From IMG/VR virus record IMGVR_UViG_3300030104_007230, positions 1 to 64,000 of that record: a stretch of DNA of 64,000 nt; one strand, 5' to 3'. This stretch comes from an uncultured virus (IMG/VR IMGVR_UViG_3300030104_007230). Lineage: Duplodnaviria; Heunggongvirae; Uroviricota; Caudoviricetes. The notes below the pieces were generated by a model. It was not told the origin of the DNA. It searched no databases and saw only the letters and a list, made by a program, of their open reading frames with translations. This document shows, piece by piece, positions 56,378-64,000 of the stretch. Made by a program: the position numbers and the translations under genes. The first letter of the stretch is position 1, and the number at the start of each line of letters is the position of its first letter.

Positions 56378-57583
56378 ATGGGCGGAAAAGCACCAAAAGC
56401 ACCTACAATTGTCAAGTATAAGCCAAAAGCAGATACAATTATAAAAACTGTACAAAGTCAAAAAGGATATGATGATATAGCTAACTATACGCAAACTTTA
56501 AAAGATGAAAGGCTTGCAAAAAAAGCTGAACAAAAAAGTTATTTAGATGAGCATAAAGCAGGCATGTATGCAAAAGAAGCAGCAAACTATGCGGCAGCTA
56601 TGCCTTTATCAAGAGAAGCAGCAAGAAGCACAACAGGAGAAAATTTAACAGATTATCAACAGCTTTTAAATCAAACAGGACAACCAAATGATACAGGACA
56701 ACAAACAGGGGGTTTAGGTTTAATAGGAGCAGTTATTGGCGGTTTACGAGATGCAGGAAAATTGCCTAAATTTACAGGAGAAAAACCAGGACAAACTGCT
56801 CCAAAGAAAGAAGAAGGACCCCCAGAAGTTGCAGGAACAGATTATATGAATTTTCTTCAATCAGGAAAAGCAACTGTAGGTAGTGAAAATTATAAAGATC
56901 CAAAAGAAAATCTTGGCAATTACGTTAAATCAGAATTTAAAAAAGATGCTGATTATGGAAATCTTGATAAACTAGGTGATTCTAATTTTGGTGAAGATTT
57001 TAAAGAAGAGACAAGAACAAAAGAAATGACAGATAGAGAATGGTTAGCTGATGCTTCAGAAAGAATATTAGGTAGACAGTTAAATCAAGAAGATAATGAT
57101 CAGTCAGGAGAACATTCTGCAGGAGGAATTTGGAGATCACAATTAGCTAGTGGATCATCTAGAGATGACATCATGGATCAGATGATTAAATCTGATGAAT
57201 ATCAAGCTAGAGACGCTGCTGTTAAACAATATAGAGTAGATAATAAAGGAGAAAACCCTGATGAATCTTGGCTAGACGCTAAAGTTGGGGCAAAAGGATG
57301 GTTAGATAAAAGTGATAGTGAAAAAGCAACATCAGCAAAACAAGGAAAAGCAAGTGCTGATGTGTCATTTGCTGCGGGTCAACAAGCTGCTAAACAAGGT
57401 ATCACTTTGCCTAAAGGTGCAAAAGATAACGTCCATTTTAGTGTAGGTCATGATACAGCTTCTAAAGAGAAAGTAATGGGTCCTGTTAATGAAAAAGAAA
57501 CTGATCATTATCTTATTAAAGATAAAAATGAGCCTTATAAAATAACCATATCAAATGATAAATCACCTTATAAAGTAACTTAA
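56378..57583 (+). CDS. Probable virion protein containing a DUF4214-like segment
   Basis: MGGKAPKAP N-terminus; RILGRQL...WRSQLASGSSRDDIMDQMIKSDEY. Confidence 0.6.
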   Translation: MGGKAPKAPTIVKYKPKADTIIKTVQSQKGYDDIANYTQTLKDERLAKKAEQKSYLDEHKAGMYAKEAANYAAAMPLSREAARSTTGENLTDYQQLLNQTGQPNDTGQQTGGLGLIGAVIGGLRDAGKLPKFTGEKPGQTAPKKEEGPPEVAGTDYMNFLQSGKATVGSENYKDPKENLGNYVKSEFKKDADYGNLDKLGDSNFGEDFKEETRTKEMTDREWLADASERILGRQLNQEDNDQSGEHSAGGIWRSQLASGSSRDDIMDQMIKSDEYQARDAAVKQYRVDNKGENPDESWLDAKVGAKGWLDKSDSEKATSAKQGKASADVSFAAGQQAAKQGITLPKGAKDNVHFSVGHDTASKEKVMGPVNEKETDHYLIKDKNEPYKITISNDKSPYKVT

Positions 57584-57605
57584 ATAAGTTAATAAGAGTA
57601 TTAAA

Positions 57606-57860
57606 TCAATCTATTTCGGTAAGAGGAAAACCATTTTCTTGTAGCCATTCTGTATAGATTTCTCGCATTACATTATAATCTTCTTCTGGCAGCATAACTA
57701 TAGATTTTTGTTCCCATTGACTAGTAGTACAAGGATCATTATCAGTATTTGCACAAGTAACAAATGAAATAGAAACTGAATAATGTTCTTGTTGATCTAA
57801 AACATCATCAAGAATTCGATCTAAATCACGTTCTAGTTGCTGAATACTGACAACTTTCAT
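57606..57860 (-). CDS. Phd/YefM antitoxin-like protein
   Basis: MKVVSIQQLERDLDRILDDV...EHYSV...SIVMLPEEDYNVMRE, with a ~20-aa insertion. Confidence 0.7.
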   Translation of the reverse strand: MKVVSIQQLERDLDRILDDVLDQQEHYSVSISFVTCANTDNDPCTTSQWEQKSIVMLPEEDYNVMREIYTEWLQENGFPLTEID

Positions 57861-57904
57861 ACGTTTTTATTTTTTAAGATCATTTAAGATTAGCAGTATT
57901 AATA

Positions 57905-58570
57905 CTAAACAATTCCTAAATCTAAGGCAGCATCAACATCTCCAGTTACCTGTCCAATATCTAAATATTCTTCTGCTGCTTCGTTTACAAAACGCCAATC
58001 AATATTAAATGTTCTAAGAGTTATTGCAAATTCTGTTTCTAAATAACGGAAATCATTTGTTATACAGCAAAGATATTTACCACGTTTTAATTGTTGAACA
58101 GGATAATCTTCGTATTTTAAATTCACATCATCTGTATCTATACTTGCAGGATCTATGACATAGCCTTGATTATTTACAACTAATTCTTGACGAAAACCAT
58201 CTCTATCAGTTCTATAAAAAGAAACTAACGTATTCCTATTTGTTTTTTTAGTTAAAGCTGTCTCACTATAAGTTTGATTAATTTGAATAGATCTTTCTTG
58301 ATGTAATTCTAATGAATAAAAAGTAGAAACTTTTCTTGATACTCCACCATGTGTACCTTTTATTGGGATTTCTCTAAATGTTTCAGTGAAACTGCCCAAA
58401 TTAATAGCATTATTAATGCTATCTCCGCCAGACGCAGGTCTTGGATGAGATCCGAAGTATGTTGTAGGTCCATAAGCTGTAGGTCCTGTACCTCCTGTTG
58501 GATATGCTTGTACATTACCCAGGTTTACAAAACCAATATTAACTGGGATTGTTGTCAGGAATCTCGCCAT
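57905..58570 (-). CDS. Probable structural protein (PPC-like beta domain)
   Basis: GGDSINNAINLG...STFYSLEL...LKRGKYL. Confidence 0.55.
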   Translation of the reverse strand: MARFLTTIPVNIGFVNLGNVQAYPTGGTGPTAYGPTTYFGSHPRPASGGDSINNAINLGSFTETFREIPIKGTHGGVSRKVSTFYSLELHQERSIQINQTYSETALTKKTNRNTLVSFYRTDRDGFRQELVVNNQGYVIDPASIDTDDVNLKYEDYPVQQLKRGKYLCCITNDFRYLETEFAITLRTFNIDWRFVNEAAEEYLDIGQVTGDVDAALDLGIV

Positions 58571-58886
58571 ATTCTTTTGTTATTCCAGTAAATAGGCCGT
58601 GCATAGGATGATCTTTAGCATCCCTGCCTAATTCTTTATATCTTTCATTCATAATTTTAGCACGCTCAGGATAGCAACCTTCGTCTTGAAGAGTTTCTAT
58701 AGTGTCATATGAATGCTTATAAGCTAATTTTTCTAATGCAAAAGTAGCTTCTTCTTTTGTTTTAAAACAATCAGTATAAAACAAGTCGTTATCTATACTT
58801 ATGTAACCTCTATAATCAGGATTATCAACATGCCAAGCAGTTGGAATTACGTCTTTACGTTTGCAGGTTGGCTTTCGCGTGCTCAT
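58539..58886 (-). CDS. AP2-like DNA-binding domain protein
   Basis: YRGYISIDNDLFYTDCFKTKEEATFALEKL. Confidence 0.5.
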   Translation of the reverse strand: MSTRKPTCKRKDVIPTAWHVDNPDYRGYISIDNDLFYTDCFKTKEEATFALEKLAYKHSYDTIETLQDEGCYPERAKIMNERYKELGRDAKDHPMHGLFTGITKEYGEIPDNNPS

Positions 58887-59448
58887 GAATTGTTTTTCCT
58901 TTAAGTTCTAAATTAATGGCCGAAATATTTTCGGGATTTTCTAACTGTACTCCCATTATTCTTAAATGTAATGGATTACAGCAAGTGTAATGACAGTCTT
59001 TTTTATGTGTAATTCTTAATTTACCTGTATAACCTCTGGATAACCAAAATGCTACACGTGCAGCTGAGTGCGTTTTAGCTTTATGAAAAGGACTTATCAT
59101 GTATGCAACTGTTTCATATTTATCCTTTCGAATAGAACCTTTCCAAGGCCAGCATTCATTGTCTCCTCTTATATCAACTTTTGACCAGAATGATCTGAAA
59201 TAATAGAACATATCAATATCAAATTTTTCAATATCAATCAAACACTGCCCTTTTTCTATTTCTTTCATACAATCAAGACACTCACCATCAGGTCCAAAAT
59301 TTCCTGAATGTTTTTTACTATTGCCAACATGCCATAAACATAATTGAGATTTACTTGCTTCTTTTTCTTTTAAAAGTTTTTGTTGAAGCACTTCATTACC
59401 AAAAGATTTAATTAATTTTTTGGGAAGTTCAGGATCAATTTCTTTCAT
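58855..59448 (-). CDS. HNH/His-Cys-box endonuclease-like protein
   Basis: FWSKVDIRGDNECWPWKG...AARVAFWLSRG...THKKDC...CCNPLHL. Confidence 0.75.
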   Translation of the reverse strand: MKEIDPELPKKLIKSFGNEVLQQKLLKEKEASKSQLCLWHVGNSKKHSGNFGPDGECLDCMKEIEKGQCLIDIEKFDIDMFYYFRSFWSKVDIRGDNECWPWKGSIRKDKYETVAYMISPFHKAKTHSAARVAFWLSRGYTGKLRITHKKDCHYTCCNPLHLRIMGVQLENPENISAINLELKGKTIHEHAKANLQT

Positions 59449-59965
59449 GGTTACAGATCGATCTTACAGTGTTATAAGTTAAATTGAATTCTTTAGCAAT
59501 TTCTCTATAACAAATATTATTTTTATTTTGTTTATATTTCCATAAAATTTGACCAAATTTATACTTATCAATATCAATACCATTACGTTGCCACTTTTCT
59601 ATTTTTAAGTCAATTTTATCTCCATAATAAAAATGACGAGGATTAATACAATGATGGTTATTGCAACTACCTTTTCTAATTAAAATAGTTGCATCTTTTT
59701 TTGGATTAGGAAAAATATTATAGACTGCAAGAATCAAAGGATTCGCATTTTTACCTTTATAGCGAGCACAATATTGATTAGAAGAAGTAAAACCACGTTC
59801 TAAATGGCGACTGGCTTCAATATCCCAACATTGTGTTGGACCATAACATTTCTCTAATTTGTTTAAGCAATTAGCAATTTTATAAATATCTTCTCCGTTT
59901 AAACCTTGTGCACGAAAGACTTTTCTTACTTTTTCTACATAACATTCATAGTTTGGAGAGAGCAT
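59435..59965 (-). CDS. Degenerate HNH-like protein with a C-terminal HTH
   Basis: QCW...SCNNHHCINPRHFYYG; YREIAKEFNLTYNTVRSI. Confidence 0.7.
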   Translation of the reverse strand: MLSPNYECYVEKVRKVFRAQGLNGEDIYKIANCLNKLEKCYGPTQCWDIEASRHLERGFTSSNQYCARYKGKNANPLILAVYNIFPNPKKDATILIRKGSCNNHHCINPRHFYYGDKIDLKIEKWQRNGIDIDKYKFGQILWKYKQNKNNICYREIAKEFNLTYNTVRSICNHERN

Positions 59966-60266
59966 AAAAATAAAGGATAGTTTACTTATTCTATCTGTGG
60001 CTTCCTGCAGAACACTAATAATTTGACAGAACGTAACCCTTCTAATAATTACCTTTGAACTAACTAGGGGTTATGAATGACACAGACCCCCTCTGTAACA
60101 TTCACAACCCGTAGCCAATTTCCAAGGAATTCTTTTACTATATCTATTATCTCTTAGTGTTTTGAAGGACTTTACAACACCTTGCAGTACAAGGGTTTGT
60201 ATAAGCCTGCACAACACAAACTAAAAATTCCCGATGATATAATTAATAAAAATAGTCAATAAAATA

Positions 60267-60692
60267 ATGGGCGGTGCAGGTTTTGATCCTTCAGGTTTAA
60301 GTATGGATAACTTAGGTGATCCTCGTCGCCAAGAAGGTTTACCAGGAGGTTATGCAACACAAGGCCAAGCTGTTAGCGCTCCATATGCGCAAGCAAATAT
60401 AAGAGCTGCTGAAAAAACTAATCCTGATAATGCAAAATCACAGGCACCAGTAAGTGATCGTGTTGATTCTTTTCTTAGTCAATATCAAGGTTAGTATTTA
60501 ATTATGGGTGATAACGATTTTCCTACAATTATGGCAAATGGAGGAGGTGAAGACTTTCTTCGAAAATATACAAAAGGTTTCAGTCAATATAGTCAAGCAG
60601 GTACAGGTTTAATTCCTGTTACTTTACAAAACAAACACGCTCAAGTAAATGATGGACCAATTATTGGTTCAAAGAAAATAATTCTTGGATAA
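60267..60692 (+). other. Two small low-complexity late genes (60267-60494, 60504-60692)
   Basis: TGATATAAT extended -10 upstream; Gly/Pro-rich. Confidence 0.65.
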
Positions 60693-60751
60693 AATAAAAA
60701 AATCAATAAGTAACTGGTGCGATAATTAAGAAAGATAACTGAAAAGAGTAA

Positions 60752-62392
60752 ATGTCACAGACTAAAGCAGAACTAGTAAATGGTTTAAGTATAAACGCAG
60801 CAGCAGCTGATTCTTTAACAATTGATAGTGATGGGAATATTCAAATTTCTGATAATGATGAATTACGGATAGGAACAGGATCAGATTTAAAAATATTTCA
60901 TGACGGGTCGAACTCATACATACAAGATGCTGGTGTAGGTAATTTAATTATTAAAGGAAGTACTAATTTAGATATAACATCTGCTGGTGACGAATTAAAA
61001 GCAAGATTTATCACAAATGGTGCATCAGAATTGTACTACGACAATGATCGTAAATTAAAAACAACTAGTACAGGCATAGAGGTTGAGTCAGTATCTGGAG
61101 GTGCAAAATGCCTTGTACATGCAGAACATGATGACAGCGGTTCTCATGCACAGCTTCACGCTTATACACAAAATAACCAAGCAAATTGTTATTTAATGTT
61201 TGGTGATGCTGATGATAGTTTTGTAGGAGGTTTGAAATATGAAAATAATGGAGATCAATTAATTATTTATACCAACAATAATGCTCAATGGTATCTAACT
61301 TCAGATGGTCATCTTAGAAATAATAGCGATTCAAATAAAATACAAGTCGGAGCAGGTGAAGATTTAGAAATCTACCATGATGGAAACCACTCATTAATTT
61401 CAGATGCTGGTACAGGAGACTTAAAAATACTTACAAGTAAATTAAAAGTTATAAACAACCCTTCTTCTGCTGATGAATTAATGATTCAAGCAACAGAAAG
61501 CGGATCCGTAGAATTATATCACGCTGGCAATAAGAAACTACAAACCCTTAGCGATGGAATAGAAATTACATCAGAAGAAGCTGGTGATGCCATAATTTAC
61601 TTAACTGCTGATGAAGGAGATGATAATAGCGATAAATGGAGGACAGCTGCTTATGGCTCTACGTATTACTATGCTATTGCTAATAAAAAGTCTGGTAGTT
61701 GGGTAGATAAATTTAAGGTATTCGATAATGGAAACGCAGAAATCAGGTCAGATGTAGGTGGTAATTATGGGCTCTATGTATTTAATGATGGTAATAATAT
61801 TAACAGATATGGTGTATTAGTTCAATGTGGTGAAGATACTCCTTCTACGTCTACCAGTTACGCTATGGGTTTTGCCGATGGTAATGGTACTACCCTGGGT
61901 TATGTAAAATTCAACTCATCCTCAGGATTAGTATACGACCCATTTACTGCTGCTCACCATTGTATTGTTCCAGATGCTGATAATCCATCAGATAGCTCGA
62001 TGGCTTATCCTTATGGAACATTACTAGAAACTACTGAAGTTGTAAATATTGATAGAGGTTTACAATATAAAGTTCAAAAGACTCAAACAGCTAACTCTAG
62101 GAAAGTCTTAGGTGCTTATGGTGGTTCAATGAATGGTGGACCAAGTGGTGAAACCAACCTACATGATGCTCTTATATTAGGTGACGGTCATATCCTTGTT
62201 AATAATGCTGGTGGAAACATTGAGGTAGGTGATGGTATTTGTTCTTCTGCAACAGCAGGTATAGGACAAAAAGCTACTGCTAACCCTTCAATGATTATAG
62301 GTATAGCTCAAGAAGCCGTTACCTTTACTGGTACTGAAACTAAACTTGTAGCTGTTCAATATGGATTGCAACAGTTCACTCCTTGGTCTTAG
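60752..62392 (+). CDS. Tail fibre protein with a C-terminal peptidase-G2/autochaperone-like domain
   Basis: Repeated G.G.DL.I.HDG..S.I.DAG.G.L module; FTAAH...GDGHILV...GNIEVGDGICSS. Confidence 0.8.
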   Translation: MSQTKAELVNGLSINAAAADSLTIDSDGNIQISDNDELRIGTGSDLKIFHDGSNSYIQDAGVGNLIIKGSTNLDITSAGDELKARFITNGASELYYDNDRKLKTTSTGIEVESVSGGAKCLVHAEHDDSGSHAQLHAYTQNNQANCYLMFGDADDSFVGGLKYENNGDQLIIYTNNNAQWYLTSDGHLRNNSDSNKIQVGAGEDLEIYHDGNHSLISDAGTGDLKILTSKLKVINNPSSADELMIQATESGSVELYHAGNKKLQTLSDGIEITSEEAGDAIIYLTADEGDDNSDKWRTAAYGSTYYYAIANKKSGSWVDKFKVFDNGNAEIRSDVGGNYGLYVFNDGNNINRYGVLVQCGEDTPSTSTSYAMGFADGNGTTLGYVKFNSSSGLVYDPFTAAHHCIVPDADNPSDSSMAYPYGTLLETTEVVNIDRGLQYKVQKTQTANSRKVLGAYGGSMNGGPSGETNLHDALILGDGHILVNNAGGNIEVGDGICSSATAGIGQKATANPSMIIGIAQEAVTFTGTETKLVAVQYGLQQFTPWS

Positions 62393-62459
62393 TTTTTTCT
62401 GCACTTGCAAATTCATAATAAAAATAGAAGTATTAAAATACTTTTAAAAGGTTTTTAAA

Positions 62460-62783
62460 ATGGCTTATTCCTATACATGGGAAATTAACGAAAAAAACAT
62501 GATTTCTGATGTTTCTGATGGTTTTATTACCACTATTGTTTACAGAGTAAAAGGAATGGATGGAAGTAATGAAAAAGCTAGAGCAACTGGACAAATTGAA
62601 TTAACAAAACCTTCTTCCTTGCCTAGTGATTTTATTGCTTTCAAGGATGTAACAAAAGAAAAATGCTTAGAGTGGGTTAAAGCTAATGCATCTATTGATG
62701 TAACAAAGATAGAAGAAAATTTAAAAAATAAAATAGATATAATTAATTCACCCATTGAAAAAATAGGTGCACCTTGGGATTAA
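62460..62783 (+). CDS. Tail-fibre-associated small protein
   Basis: YTWEI...DGFITTIVYRV...FIAFKDVTKE..LEWVK...PW. Confidence 0.7.
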   Translation: MAYSYTWEINEKNMISDVSDGFITTIVYRVKGMDGSNEKARATGQIELTKPSSLPSDFIAFKDVTKEKCLEWVKANASIDVTKIEENLKNKIDIINSPIEKIGAPWD

Positions 62784-62830
62784 AGCGTTAGTCATTTTAA
62801 ACTAGATGAATATCATAGTTAAAGTTTAAA

Positions 62831-64000
62831 ATGCCATACGTAGGAAGAGAAATAGTTAAAGGACAGAATCGAGAACTTGATGATATTTCAAGTAGTTTTA
62901 ATTCTGGCAACACTGCTTTTACTATGCAGGTAGGAGGTGTTACAACTTCAGCTGCAAGTGTAAATCAAGTTTTTATAAGCCTTGGGGGTGTTATGCAACA
63001 TCCTGGAACAGATTATACAGTTTCTTCTAGTACACTAACTTTTACAACTGCACCTGATAGTGGACTAGCTTTTTGGGGTTTAATACAAGGTAATCAAGTT
63101 GATACAGGAACACCATCAGATGGAACGGTTGGTTCTTCTAAATTTGCAAGCGGCGATCTTACTTTCCCAAGTGATATAATTATTCCTGACAAGATTGTTC
63201 ATACTGGTGATACAAATACATCAATTAGATTTCCTGCTGCCGATACAATTACAGGAGAAACAGGTGGTACTGAAAGACTTCGCATCGACTCAAGTGGACG
63301 AATTCTTGTAGGAACAACTTCATATAAAACAAACTTAAACTCTTCTGCAGATGTATCAGGACAGCTTGCACAGTTTGTAGGAGCTGCAGATGATACTAAT
63401 AAATGTGTTGGTATATTTGCATATTCAGGAACTTCAAACCCTACAGCAAGAGGTGCAAAATTACAGTTAAACAGAGCTAGATCTACTGATGGAAGTACGA
63501 ATACTGCTCTAGCTAATAATGATCTTATTGGAACAATTGAATTTAAAGGTAATGATGGCACTAACTTTTCATCAGCAGCAAAAATTAATTGTTTTGTAGA
63601 GGATACTAGTGTTGCTGCTGATCATATGGGTGGCAGATTGGCCTTTAGTACCAGTGCTGATGGTTCTGCTGTACCAACAGAAAGACTCCGCATCGATTCA
63701 AGTGGAAACGTAAAAATACTTGACGGCGATCTAGTAATAGGAACTGCTGGTCACGGTATTGACTTTAGTGCTACTTCAGGTACAGGTACTTCAGAACTTT
63801 TGGCAGATTATGAAGAAGGAACTTTTACGCCTACTTGGGGTGGTGCTGAGGTTAGTAGCATAACTTATAGTACTCAATTCGGTAAGTATACGAAAATCGG
63901 TAATCGTGTATTTGGTGGATTAAGACTTACTGCCACCAGCTTTACTGGGTCTGGAGGTATTGCTCAAATAAATGGGTTTCCTTTTACAGCATTTAACAAT
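62831..64000 (+). CDS. Tail fibre protein, paralog of 44956-46722, truncated by the window end
   Basis: Hand translation MPYVGREIVKGQNRELDDISSSFNSG...ERLRIDSSG repeats...GHGIDFSA...DYEEGTFTP...GKYTKIGNRV; absent from the track because there is no stop. Confidence 0.85.
   Translation, partial: MPYVGREIVKGQNRELDDISSSFNSGNTAFTMQVGGVTTSAASVNQVFISLGGVMQHPGTDYTVSSSTLTFTTAPDSGLAFWGLIQGNQVDTGTPSDGTVGSSKFASGDLTFPSDIIIPDKIVHTGDTNTSIRFPAADTITGETGGTERLRIDSSGRILVGTTSYKTNLNSSADVSGQLAQFVGAADDTNKCVGIFAYSGTSNPTARGAKLQLNRARSTDGSTNTALANNDLIGTIEFKGNDGTNFSSAAKINCFVEDTSVAADHMGGRLAFSTSADGSAVPTERLRIDSSGNVKILDGDLVIGTAGHGIDFSATSGTGTSELLADYEEGTFTPTWGGAEVSSITYSTQFGKYTKIGNRVFGGLRLTATSFTGSGGIAQINGFPFTAFNN

Noticed and set aside
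13972..63561. Antisense or shadow ORFs in the track (e.g. 13972+, 14396+, 15347+, 16453-, 23254-, 25227-, 27246-, 41841-, 42204-, 63199-)
   Set aside because: They lie opposite better-supported genes or structured leaders and have no recognisable motifs
1..64000. Alternative genetic code or introns/inteins in terL or MCP
   Set aside because: Genes are full length and tightly packed under the standard code, with no unexplained insertions in terL or the capsid gene

Overview
AT-rich dsDNA tailed-phage sequence, almost certainly a cyanophage: it carries nblA, psbN, dps, a glutamine-II riboswitch and an NtcA box. The gene content recalls the S-EIV1-like lineage, but that is recognition from memory, not a search. 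Positions 1-15.7 kb hold a minus-strand block of small early/accessory genes (SSB, two 2OG-Fe(II) oxygenases, HTH/RHH and zinc-ribbon proteins). A divergent non-coding region (15.75-16.45 kb) follows. The mostly plus-strand virion block then carries candidate internal/ejection proteins, TerS/TerL, portal, scaffold, major capsid, tail and fibre genes, a nuclease, a dps-psbN-nblA host-takeover island, a lysozyme-like gene, a Dam-like gene and HNH-like genes. The most striking unexplained structure is at 12.8-16.05 kb on the minus strand. Most intergenic spacers there are built from a small set of repeated, covarying RNA modules: three tRNA-like T-loop three-way junctions, H-type pseudoknots, three long RNase III-like hairpins, a CTTTGYMCAC box, and a ~270-nt multi-helix leader. 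Most spacers start at the upstream stop codon. Other highlights: a small gene apparently under both NtcA and glutamine-riboswitch control, a 491-nt dual-coding portal/scaffold overlap, an 11-residue-repeat candidate ejection-tube protein, a shared short FL-helix motif in many late proteins, and several catalytically degenerate enzymes. All assignments are by eye; no database searches were run.
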